A DNA stretch of 37,779 nucleotides, from positions 1 to 37,779 of the IMG/VR virus record IMGVR_UViG_3300020428_001595; one strand, written 5' to 3'. Shown here one piece after another: positions 8,632 to 17,221 of this stretch. Every line of letters begins with the position of its first letter. Position 1 is the stretch's first letter. The notes under the pieces are model-generated. The model saw only the letters and a program-made list of their open reading frames with translations, was not told the origin of the DNA and did not search any database. A program made the translations under genes and the position numbers. The stretch comes from a virus (Duplodnaviria > Caudoviricetes).

Positions 8632-9641
8632 TAGCAATCTATGACTTAGCAGAATATGAAGAACACATTAAATATGTAAGAGAAACTTATATAGAAAACG
8701 GTGGGTTGGTTTATGGATGGAAAGCAAATTCTAATTTGCCATTCGACCAAGGGCATTGGAATAGGCCAATTATTAAACGTAGCAAATATTTTAGATATGA
8801 TGCAGCTGAACTTCCTCATTTTACTGATCCAGCAGTTTCAGATATTTGGGCTTCATTAAATGAACAACTCGGAGGAAGAGCTCTTGTGAGAGCTTATATA
8901 AATGGATATACGTATGGAACAGATGGGTATGTCCATGTAGATGATCACCCAACAACATCACTTGAAGATGGGCAATCAGAAACTATTATTGTATATCTAA
9001 ATGATATTTGGAATGCAAATTGGGCAGGAGAAACTATTGTCCTTGATGGTGATCAAGAAATAGCAAAATCAGTATTACCAAAAAAGAATAGAGCATTCAT
9101 ATTTGATTCTCATTTATTGCATGCTGCACGACCTGTGTCCCGCGCGTGTACGGAACTAAGATCAGTTCTTGTTTATAAGACAGCTAATAAAGAAATGTAT
9201 GATAGTCCTGCTGTTAAATGGCTATTAAAAAATGCAACTCAAGAACACACTGGTCGTAATTTATTTCAACATTTATGGTTTACATTAAGACTATTAGAAT
9301 TGAATGGATTTTGCAAATCAGTTTGTGGAGCTGGATTATTTCATTCTGTTTATGGAACTAAAGATTGGGAAGCTGTAACCACAAGTGATAGAGATACTGT
9401 TAAAAGTTTCATTGGAGACTATGCTGAATCTCTTGTATGGGAATTTCATAAGCTAAAAGATAGATATAAAGATATATTAGAAGGAGATTATTCTGATGAA
9501 ATGCGTCAAAATCTGATGGCTATTTCTTGGGCTAATTCTCTTGAACAAAATCCAATAGGTCCAAAAGCATATTTACATCAACAATGGGAGCCACATTTAA
9601 AAGCAGTAGACTTTACTAAGCAAAAGTATCTCTTTTTATAA
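8628..9641 (+). CDS. 2OG-Fe(II) oxygenase fused to a C-terminal HD-like (DUF6817-like) domain
   Basis: HVD...H(AARP)...R oxygenase triad with WAGET; C-terminal HTGRNLFQHL and GLFHSVYGT. Confidence 0.78.
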   Translation: MIAIYDLAEYEEHIKYVRETYIENGGLVYGWKANSNLPFDQGHWNRPIIKRSKYFRYDAAELPHFTDPAVSDIWASLNEQLGGRALVRAYINGYTYGTDGYVHVDDHPTTSLEDGQSETIIVYLNDIWNANWAGETIVLDGDQEIAKSVLPKKNRAFIFDSHLLHAARPVSRACTELRSVLVYKTANKEMYDSPAVKWLLKNATQEHTGRNLFQHLWFTLRLLELNGFCKSVCGAGLFHSVYGTKDWEAVTTSDRDTVKSFIGDYAESLVWEFHKLKDRYKDILEGDYSDEMRQNLMAISWANSLEQNPIGPKAYLHQQWEPHLKAVDFTKQKYLFL

Positions 9642-9652
9642 ATATTACTACC

Positions 9653-10345
9653 ATGTTAAATAGTGTTAAACTTATTAGCTATTCAAAACCTGTAAACATT
9701 GAAGGAGTCGATAATGCAGAAGATCTCGTCGCGTATTGCGCCCGTGTTTCCAATCCATCGAATCAAGCCAACAAAAAAACAGCGTCCAGATTATTGTCAT
9801 ACCTCATTAAAGAAAGACACTGGAGTCCTTTTGAAATGGTATCTGCTTGCCTTGAGATAGAAACAACACGTGATATCGCAAGACAAATATTAAGACATAG
9901 AAGTTTTAGCTTTCAAGAATTCAGTCAACGATATGCAGAAGTAGATAACAAAAGCTTTGAAACTCGTGAAACGCGTATGCAAGACACTAAAAATAGACAA
10001 AATTCTATAGAAATAGAAAATGATCCTGCCCTCCAACTAAACTTGCACCAACAAGAATTAGTTAGAGAGTGGGGTCGTAGACAACATGGTATAATCAATC
10101 AAGCCCGAGAAGTCTATCAATGGGCGATTGATAACGGCATAGCCAAAGAGCAAGCGCGTGCCGTTCTCCCCGAAGGCAATACAGTTAGTAGATTATACAT
10201 GAATGGGACAATTAGGTCATGGATTCATTATATCGAACTCAGATCTGGGAATGGGACCCAGAAGGAGCATCGCCAAGTCGCGCGCAACTGCGCTGACGCC
10301 TTGAGTAAAGTCTTCCCTGTAGTAAACGACTTTTTGTCAAAATAG
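9653..10345 (+). CDS. thyX: FAD-dependent thymidylate synthase ThyX
   Basis: HWSPFEM, RHRSFSFQEFSQRY, EQARAVLP, TQKEH. Confidence 0.95.
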   Translation: MLNSVKLISYSKPVNIEGVDNAEDLVAYCARVSNPSNQANKKTASRLLSYLIKERHWSPFEMVSACLEIETTRDIARQILRHRSFSFQEFSQRYAEVDNKSFETRETRMQDTKNRQNSIEIENDPALQLNLHQQELVREWGRRQHGIINQAREVYQWAIDNGIAKEQARAVLPEGNTVSRLYMNGTIRSWIHYIELRSGNGTQKEHRQVARNCADALSKVFPVVNDFLSK

Positions 10346-10348
10346 TCC

Positions 10349-10377
10349 TTTACAAACCTCTCCCTATATGGTATAAT
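10349..10377 (+). promoter_or_regulatory. Sigma70-type promoter
   Basis: TTTACA-17 nt-TATAAT. Confidence 0.72.
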
Positions 10378-10382
10378 AATAT

Positions 10383-10916
10383 ATGTTTAGGAAAATTACA
10401 AGTACAATCTTAGGATTGTTTTTAACCGTGACAACCGCGCAGGCTGTCGATCATCCAATACCGCGCACGTTGTCATATCACAATATTGAAAGTGTAGAAT
10501 GTTTAGCTCTCAATATATATTTCGAAGCTAGAGACGAACCAGTTGCTGGACAGGCTGCTGTGGCGGATGTAGTTTTAAACCGCGTCTTAGATATAAGATG
10601 GCCTAACACAATATGTAGTGTCATTAAACAAGGACCTATAAGTAAATGGTGGAAGGAAAAGCATGGAAAGGAAGTCCCTATCAGAAACAGATGTCAATTT
10701 AGTTGGTACTGTGATGGTAAAGGAGACGACCCTAAAAACCAAGATGCGTACATCAAAGCGCGAGACATTGCCTATAGTATTTTAGTACATGAAAAATACA
10801 AAGGCTTAACAGAAGGAGCAACACATTATCATGCAGACTATGTCAACCCCAAATGGAGTAAAGATTTCACTATCGTCGGGACTATCGGAGCACACATCTT
10901 CTATCGCGCCGACTAA
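10383..10916 (+). CDS. SleB-like cell wall hydrolase (Hydrolase_2) with signal peptide
   Basis: CLALNIYFEAR, VVLNRV, CQFSWYCDG, GATHYHA, IGAHIFY. Confidence 0.9.
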   Translation: MFRKITSTILGLFLTVTTAQAVDHPIPRTLSYHNIESVECLALNIYFEARDEPVAGQAAVADVVLNRVLDIRWPNTICSVIKQGPISKWWKEKHGKEVPIRNRCQFSWYCDGKGDDPKNQDAYIKARDIAYSILVHEKYKGLTEGATHYHADYVNPKWSKDFTIVGTIGAHIFYRAD

Positions 10917-10953
10917 ACATCGACAATATGAATTTGACTTTACTGGAGAAAAT

Positions 10954-11283
10954 ATGTCATGTGCAGACTTTAAACCTGAAATCTTTGACGAAGTTTTTAG
11001 CCGCGCCGCTACAAAATATAAATTCGATGAAGACAAATATATTAGTGAGTTTAAAGATCATGTAAACTCGACATATAATAGTCACTACTCAAAGGAAAAA
11101 TTCCAAGCTACAGAATTCATCGTTGATGGTGGTCACGGAACTGGATTCTGTATTGGAAATATTTTGAAATACGCTCAACGCTATGGAAAAAAAGGAGACA
11201 AAAATGAACATCGTAGAGATCTTTTAAAGATTTTACATTATGCTCTTATTCAACTTCACGTACATGATAAAGAGTATAAATAG
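10954..11283 (+). CDS. DUF3310-like conserved phage protein
   Basis: HYS...FCIGNILKYAQRYGKK...DLLKILHY; start moved to ATG 10954 behind a GGAG RBS. Confidence 0.75.
   Translation: MSCADFKPEIFDEVFSRAATKYKFDEDKYISEFKDHVNSTYNSHYSKEKFQATEFIVDGGHGTGFCIGNILKYAQRYGKKGDKNEHRRDLLKILHYALIQLHVHDKEYK
11275..11282 (+). promoter_or_regulatory. T4-type late promoter directly upstream of the tmRNA
   Basis: Exact TATAAATA. Confidence 0.65.
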
Positions 11284-11632
11284 AGTTAAGGTGTCGAAGC
11301 AATTCGAAAGTTATGCAGGACGGGGGTGCGATACCCCCCGCCTCCACCAAAATGAGTTTTAAATGGACGAAGTATTACTTTGGGAATACAGAAAAGAATT
11401 AGTTAAGTGGATATGCATAAACAATTATTCACAGCGTCATGCAAGACTCATTTTGATGGGGGCGAAATAGGATCGACTGGTGATCAATAGGAGAGTGGAG
11501 CCTTCCCGCGGAAGCTGGGTTAACGCAACGAAACTAATAGTTGCCGATAATGACAATTATTCACCTGCTGGTTATGCACTTGCTGCATAATTAAGCTGAG
11601 CCCGGAGGAGCTCGGAAACAGGATCCTCCACA
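11284..11632 (+). ncRNA. ssrA: Permuted two-piece tmRNA (acceptor piece to CCA 11349, intervening segment, coding piece from 11458); ends approximate
   Basis: T-arm GGGGG-TGCGATA-CCCCC then CGCCTCC-ACCA. The downstream GGGGGCG (11458-11464) pairs with it and gives G3:U70. GAAATAGGATCGAC 5' motif; tag ORF ADNDNYSPAGYALAA* at 11543-11590. Confidence 0.93.
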
Positions 11633-11637
11633 ACTTT

Positions 11638-11841
11638 ATGGAGGAATATATGAAGAAACTTATAATTTTATTGCCATTCGTTTTATTTACCGCATGTGGC
11701 ACGAGTTATGTAACAAATGATGGTAAAAGACTAATAGAAAACAGTGCGCTTGGATGTGTAGCTGGTGAAGTTCTATTTGGCGCATGTGCAGAAGGCGCAG
11801 CTATAGCGGCTGGTACTACAATTATAACTGATCAAAAATAG
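11638..11841 (+). CDS. Small lipoprotein-like protein
   Basis: MKKLIILLPFVLFTAC lipobox-like signal; Gly/Ala-rich C-terminus. Confidence 0.65.
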   Translation: MEEYMKKLIILLPFVLFTACGTSYVTNDGKRLIENSALGCVAGEVLFGACAEGAAIAAGTTIITDQK

Positions 11842-11849
11842 GAGAAGTC

Positions 11850-11963
11850 ATGTTGAATTTTTTATTGAGTATATTTAAGAAAGAATATTGGGGCGATAAA
11901 TCTCAACATAGAATTCATACTGTAACTGATAAAAAATTCAGATACGAAGATCTGTGTATGTGA
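11850..11963 (+). CDS. Small hypothetical protein, 37 aa (MLNFLLSIFKKEYWGDKSQHRIHTVTDKKFRYEDLCM)
   Basis: AGGAG RBS; fills the gap between genes; below the ORF-track cutoff. Confidence 0.6.
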   Translation: MLNFLLSIFKKEYWGDKSQHRIHTVTDKKFRYEDLCM

Positions 11964-11969
11964 GGAAAT

Positions 11970-12746
11970 ATGTTTAAAACACTCGACCCAATTGCTTTTG
12001 CGACGATAAAAGATATACGCCAAGATTTCTTAACAACGCCTGTTACTGATGATGATAAATTATACACGCATGATACTTCTTGGGGAAGATACAAGATTTA
12101 TAAAAAAGAATCGCGTGTAAATTTTTTAAAGCAACATCTTGAACACGTTGTTCCTGGGTGGAAAATTATGGGAGGATCAATCTTCTCTTCTTTTTATCCT
12201 ATGGCTATATCTGCTGATGGGTCTTCTAAAACTCTAAAAATTAATAACATTATAAACCAAAGAAATAAAGATGGGAAAGTAGAAGATGCAAGATTTAATC
12301 CGACAATTGGAACGTATGTTAAGTCTAAACCCGCAGATACTCACCAAACATTATATATTCCGCTTTTAATAACGGGAAGCAATGTTAAGTTGTATATAAT
12401 GAAGCAAAGAAATTGGAACATTGATGCGCGTACATATGAAAAGAAAATTGGCACTACTGATAATGTAGGTAATTTTAGTTTAGATGTTGTTGATTATAAT
12501 GATGCTCTTGTGAAAGATTGTAATCATGTTAAAAAAACGTGTTTTTATAAATTAGTAAAAGGCGCTAATATAGACCTTAGTGAAAGCATTCCTATAATGT
12601 TTAATTCGAGTTATTTAAACGTTACTAATAATTGGTCAGCTACTTGTACATCTTTGACGGTGTTAAAAGTATTTATGACAAAAGCAGAGGAATACAATAT
12701 GTTAATATCAAACTCCGCAAACGCGTTTTCTGCAAATGCTGTATAA
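11970..12746 (+). CDS. Hypothetical protein, first gene of the tailoring-enzyme cluster
   Basis: 258 aa ORF with GAGG RBS; overlaps the radical SAM start. Confidence 0.65.
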   Translation: MFKTLDPIAFATIKDIRQDFLTTPVTDDDKLYTHDTSWGRYKIYKKESRVNFLKQHLEHVVPGWKIMGGSIFSSFYPMAISADGSSKTLKINNIINQRNKDGKVEDARFNPTIGTYVKSKPADTHQTLYIPLLITGSNVKLYIMKQRNWNIDARTYEKKIGTTDNVGNFSLDVVDYNDALVKDCNHVKKTCFYKLVKGANIDLSESIPIMFNSSYLNVTNNWSATCTSLTVLKVFMTKAEEYNMLISNSANAFSANAV

Positions 12747-13611
12747 TGAATATGTTCCAGAAAAAAATCCGTTTAATCTTTTAGTTGCGGATTTAACGCA
12801 TAGATGTAATATGGAATGTGCTAATTGCTACATTCCAAATAGAGATGTTCCAGATATGGACGTCGAAAAACTTTATGCCTTTCTCAATAAACTTCCTAAA
12901 AGAATTATTGTAAGACTCATTGGCGCAGAGCCAACTATGAGAAAAGACTTATGTGATATTGTGCGTAATGTAAAACGCAATGGACATAATGTAAGTTTAA
13001 CTACAAATGGATTAAAATTAGCTTCACCTAAATATGTTCTAAAATTAAAACATTCAGGATTAAGAATGGTTTTAATTTCTATGAATGGCGCTGATGATGA
13101 AAAAGCTTATGAAGTTTTAGATGGCGGAACTTCTTATTGTAAATCAAAAATTAGAGCATTAAAAAATTGTATGTCTAATAATATGATTATCAATACAGGA
13201 ACTATCATAGCCAAAGGCGTAAATGAAAGTGCTATCATGAGACAAGTTGCACTTTTTAGAGCATGTGCAAGCGAAACGAATTACAAACCGAAAGTAAAAC
13301 CAATATTAAGATTTAAGAGTGTAGGAGCTATAGGCCGATATATGGAAAATTCTACATATACTCTTAATGAACTTAGAGAATTGGTGTGGAATTGTTTTCC
13401 ATGGCTTGAAAAAGTTACAACAAATTCACCTAATCACGCAACTTTATGCGACTTATATGAAGCAGAAGATTTTTATCTAAGGCTTATTGATTGGGAAGTT
13501 GATGAAGAAGGTGTACCAGATTCAGGCAATGAATTACGAGGCAGAATAACACCTAATTGGAAATGTGCACCATTTTTTGAGCACGTTAAATCTAACGAAG
13601 GAGGGTATTAA
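12736..13611 (+). CDS. Radical SAM protein (MoaA/NifB/PqqE-like core)
   Basis: CNMECANC (CxxxCxxC), GAEPTMR, TTNG. Confidence 0.9.
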   Translation: MLYNEYVPEKNPFNLLVADLTHRCNMECANCYIPNRDVPDMDVEKLYAFLNKLPKRIIVRLIGAEPTMRKDLCDIVRNVKRNGHNVSLTTNGLKLASPKYVLKLKHSGLRMVLISMNGADDEKAYEVLDGGTSYCKSKIRALKNCMSNNMIINTGTIIAKGVNESAIMRQVALFRACASETNYKPKVKPILRFKSVGAIGRYMENSTYTLNELRELVWNCFPWLEKVTTNSPNHATLCDLYEAEDFYLRLIDWEVDEEGVPDSGNELRGRITPNWKCAPFFEHVKSNEGGY

Positions 13612-13612
13612 T

Positions 13613-14299
13613 GTGTTAGATAAGCAATTTAATAAAGACTTTAAAAATTTTACATATAAGGCTATAGATTTAGGAATCACATCAGAAGAAATTTCTTCTA
13701 TGCTTAACGAGGTTGAAAGCGTTAAAGAAGAATGGAGAGGAAATGAATATAGAGGATGTGCAGGACTTCCTGTGTTTGGCGACTTAGTTGAAGAAAAAGA
13801 TAGATTTAAAGGAAAAAGCGGAAAGCTTGATTGGACTCCTGCAGGAAAATTATGTCCAACAATACAAAAAGTATATAACGAAAAAATAAGACCAATCCTT
13901 GATCAGGATGCAAGAATTAATATATTAAAAACATATGCAGGAAATACTTTACATGAACATGTTGATTGTCAAGAAAAAGAAATAGGTACAACTCAACATA
14001 AGTTAAGAGTAGTCTTACAAGGAGAAATTGATAAACTATATTTTAGAAGAAGTAATGGTAGTAAATGGTATGTTCCAAATGATTATCACACGTATGTAAT
14101 GGATGGAGGTCATCTTCATGCTTTAGAAGAAAGCAAAGAAACAAAAATTACTATGTGTATTGGTGCACCTTGGAAAGGCGCAATGACTCCAGAATATGAA
14201 AAAGTTTTAGATAATAGCCCCTATGAAGTGAAAGTTAAATATCCAAAAATAGATGATGAACATATAGACCCCCGATTCAAAAATGACAATAACGACTAA
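13613..14299 (+). CDS. Aspartyl/asparaginyl beta-hydroxylase-like 2OG-Fe(II) oxygenase
   Basis: HEHVD...GHLH cupin triad; start moved to GTG 13613 after GGAGG. Confidence 0.65.
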   Translation: MLDKQFNKDFKNFTYKAIDLGITSEEISSMLNEVESVKEEWRGNEYRGCAGLPVFGDLVEEKDRFKGKSGKLDWTPAGKLCPTIQKVYNEKIRPILDQDARINILKTYAGNTLHEHVDCQEKEIGTTQHKLRVVLQGEIDKLYFRRSNGSKWYVPNDYHTYVMDGGHLHALEESKETKITMCIGAPWKGAMTPEYEKVLDNSPYEVKVKYPKIDDEHIDPRFKNDNND

Positions 14300-14837
14300 A
14301 ACATATGCACTAGCTCATAATCCAGAAGTTATTCCTAAAGTACATGAATATCTTTCTAATGAATTATCTCAAAAAGACCTTGATGATTATTTAAAATACA
14401 TAGGAAGATGGATAGCTGTTTCTTTTTGGTTTAAAGAATCTAAGAAAATTATAGGATTTGCTGCAGCGGAATATTTTCAAAATGGAGCAAGGCTTATGAC
14501 TCGCATGTATAAAGGAAAAGAAATACGACATAATTCAAAAGTAAATATGCAAAAAGATACTTATGAAATTGTCTACGATCAATATAAAATTGCTAAAAGT
14601 TTAAATGTTGATTATGTTTTTATGTCACGCGAGAACAATCCTAAATCTTTTATAAATTATAATAATCAATTAGATTTTACCGATTGGAATATTGAAGAAG
14701 ACAGATATCTTACGGGAAACGGAGAAACGTACAAATCTAGTTGGCAATATGTTATGTGGAGTCCAGTTACAGCTGGCGCGCAATTAGATTTAAAAGCGAT
14801 AAGCAAGGAGGAATGGAATGAAACTTTCGCCAATTAA
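14283..14837 (+). CDS. Putative GNAT-fold protein
   Basis: KIIGFAAA...RLMTRMY...AKSLNVDYVFMSRE pattern resembles GNAT strands and motif B. Confidence 0.45.
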   Translation: MTITTKTYALAHNPEVIPKVHEYLSNELSQKDLDDYLKYIGRWIAVSFWFKESKKIIGFAAAEYFQNGARLMTRMYKGKEIRHNSKVNMQKDTYEIVYDQYKIAKSLNVDYVFMSRENNPKSFINYNNQLDFTDWNIEEDRYLTGNGETYKSSWQYVMWSPVTAGAQLDLKAISKEEWNETFAN

Positions 14838-15675
14838 GATAGGATATACTGCAGAGGATGTAGATTATTATTCTAAAAAAGATGCTCATGAAGTCAGAGA
14901 AATGATTGCATGGAGTAGATTAGTTATTGTGAAAAATGACAATCCTGTACCTGCAGAAGCTCTTGTAAATTTTTATAAAAACATTGGCGATGTTGTACAA
15001 CAAAGTGAAGACGTTGTAGGCTCTGGCGTAGATGGATTTCATGAAATAGTAAGAGTAAGAAGGCATGGTCTATTTACAGGAGATGAAGACGGAGAACTCG
15101 AATGGCACTGTGCAGGAATGAATAGAACTGGAGCAGAAAATATTGTTGCTATGTACATGAATGTTTTTAACTCAAAAGCTAATACGTGGTTTAGTGATGC
15201 TAAAAGAGCATATGAAGAGTTTCCAAAAAAAGAACTTGTTGATGAAGCTATGAGTAAAACAGTAAACTATCCAGAAAAAATGTTGGTAGGCGATACACAT
15301 TATAAAAATGTATTCGCTGATGAAAAAACATATAAATCGTTTATTGATATTGATGGTGTTCCAGCACACACGAAACAAATAAGTCGTAAAAAGCTTGTAA
15401 CAGAACATCCATATAGTAAGAAAAAAGGATTTCATTTCCCATGGTCTGTGATTAGAGGATTCCATGGAATGGATAGAAAAGAAAGCCACGCATTATATTA
15501 TGAATTAAAAGAACATTGTATGAGTGATAAATACACTTATGAACATGTTTGGGATCCGTATGATATTGCATTAAGTGATCAAGAACATAGCTTACATAGA
15601 AGGGACCCGTATGAAGGTGATCGTGAATTATGGAGATCTGGGATCTGGTATAGATCTGAAGGAGCTTCTGCTTAG
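14818..15675 (+). CDS. TauD/TfdA-fold Fe(II)/2OG enzyme with HxA in place of HxD
   Basis: ELEWHCAG, TWFSD, HPYS, YEHVWDPYDIALSDQEHSLHRR, DRELWR. Confidence 0.8.
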   Translation: MKLSPIKIGYTAEDVDYYSKKDAHEVREMIAWSRLVIVKNDNPVPAEALVNFYKNIGDVVQQSEDVVGSGVDGFHEIVRVRRHGLFTGDEDGELEWHCAGMNRTGAENIVAMYMNVFNSKANTWFSDAKRAYEEFPKKELVDEAMSKTVNYPEKMLVGDTHYKNVFADEKTYKSFIDIDGVPAHTKQISRKKLVTEHPYSKKKGFHFPWSVIRGFHGMDRKESHALYYELKEHCMSDKYTYEHVWDPYDIALSDQEHSLHRRDPYEGDRELWRSGIWYRSEGASA

Positions 15676-16285
15676 TTTTGGCATTGTCCATATTAAGAAT
15701 GCTGAACTAAATATTATAGAATTTGCTGAACTTGCTGAAAAACTAGGTAAACCATTAAAGACAGAAAAACACACCGTTAATCAATATGTGCAAATGGTAA
15801 GCACAGATGGATTGTTTGAAGATAAAGAAGTAGATTGGCATAATGATTGGAGTTACGGGCGAGGTAACTACTATGGGACAATATTATACAACGTTAAGTC
15901 TGGCTCACTTGCGAACACTTATTTTGTCGACATGGCTGACGCTCCAAGAGAACTTAAAAAGAAATACAAAAATGAAGTAGGAGAATACTTTCCTCCTGAA
16001 AGTTTACAAGAAAAATGTTTTACTGAAAAGCAAATCAGAATTCTTAAGAAAATGAAAGTAACAAGACCCTTTGTACAAAAGTATAATGACAAAGAAATAT
16101 TGTATTGCAGCCTTGGTACAATAAATAAAGATTTTCCAGACATTAGAGAATTTGCAGAAAATAATTCATATAAACATGAGTGGGAAGAAGGTGACATTCT
16201 TATATGGGATAATATGAGGATGATGCATAAACGCGATAGTTTTAAAGGGGAGCGAACATTATGGCGCGTACAGTTCGCTATATAA
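15611..16285 (+). CDS. TauD/TfdA family dioxygenase
   Basis: DWHND, TYFVDM, HEWEEGDILIWDNMRMMHKR, ERTLWR; start position uncertain. Confidence 0.85.
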   Translation: MKVIVNYGDLGSGIDLKELLLSFGIVHIKNAELNIIEFAELAEKLGKPLKTEKHTVNQYVQMVSTDGLFEDKEVDWHNDWSYGRGNYYGTILYNVKSGSLANTYFVDMADAPRELKKKYKNEVGEYFPPESLQEKCFTEKQIRILKKMKVTRPFVQKYNDKEILYCSLGTINKDFPDIREFAENNSYKHEWEEGDILIWDNMRMMHKRDSFKGERTLWRVQFAI

Positions 16286-16369
16286 ACGAAACAGTATATC
16301 ATAAAAAGGAAAAAGATGGAAGTGAACACTGGGTCATCATTCTTAGGAACAGAAAAAAGGAGAATTGAT

Positions 16370-17221
16370 TTGGATTTGTTTAGACATTTAAGAGCTTTCG
16401 CTCATCCATTTCCAAAAGTAAATCCATGGCCAGTTAGAATTATTGCTGGTCCTTGTCAACATGAATCATTTGCCGACAGTCTCGAAATAGCAGAAAAATG
16501 TAAAGAGATTGTTGAAGATGTAAAAGGTACTTACATTTTTAAAGCAAGCTTTGATAAAGCAAACCGATCGTATGGAGATGCTAAAAGAGGCTTAGGCATT
16601 GATAAAACACTCGAAGATTTTGCTAAAATGAAAAACGATATGCAAGATCTTAGAATATTAACAGACGTTCATGAACAATGGCAAATTGACATGATTGAAA
16701 AACAATTTCCAGATGTCATTGATGTCTATCAAATTCCTGCATTTTTATGTAGACAAACAGATCTTATACAAGCGGCATGCGCAACTGGCAAAACCGTAAA
16801 TATAAAAAAAGGTCAGTTTATGGCTCCATGGGATGTTGATGGAATATTATCTAAAATCAATCCGGGCGATGAAGTTTGGATAACAGAAAGGGGAACAACA
16901 CATGGATATAATAACTTGGTTGTTGACTTCACTGGCATACAGTATATGCTTGACACTTTTGATTGTGACATTATTTTTGATGCTACGCATAGTGTTCAAA
17001 GGCCGTCTAGTATGGGTAGATCATCTGGCGGTAACAGGGAATACGTTCCCGGGATGTGTAGAGCAGCCGCAGCAGTCGGAGTCAGAAACTTCTTCTTAGA
17101 AGTTCATGATGATCCAGATAACGCACCTTCTGACGGACCTAATATGGTTAAGTTAGAAAACTTTCAAAGAATCGTAGATGACATTATGAATATAAGTGAA
17201 ATATGCGACCAGCAATCTTAA
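16370..17221 (+). CDS. kdsA: KDO-8-phosphate synthase
   Basis: IAGPC, FKASFDKANRS, TDVHE, QIPAFLCRQTDL, KKGQF, DATHSVQ, EVH, SDG; likely TTG start at 16370 after AGGAG. Confidence 0.95.
   Translation: MDLFRHLRAFAHPFPKVNPWPVRIIAGPCQHESFADSLEIAEKCKEIVEDVKGTYIFKASFDKANRSYGDAKRGLGIDKTLEDFAKMKNDMQDLRILTDVHEQWQIDMIEKQFPDVIDVYQIPAFLCRQTDLIQAACATGKTVNIKKGQFMAPWDVDGILSKINPGDEVWITERGTTHGYNNLVVDFTGIQYMLDTFDCDIIFDATHSVQRPSSMGRSSGGNREYVPGMCRAAAAVGVRNFFLEVHDDPDNAPSDGPNMVKLENFQRIVDDIMNISEICDQQS

Noticed and set aside
10831-10953. Long N-terminal extensions in the track for ORFs 10831, 13565, 28199, 33251, 34016, 34291 and 34995
   Set aside because: They overlap upstream genes; downstream starts with an RBS or stop-start coupling fit better.
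11318-11349. Apparent stand-alone tRNA 3' half or attachment site
   Set aside because: Explained as the tmRNA acceptor piece; there is no anticodon arm and no integrase nearby.
11520-11702. 60-aa minus-strand ORF
   Set aside because: Antisense to the tmRNA coding piece and the lipoprotein gene.
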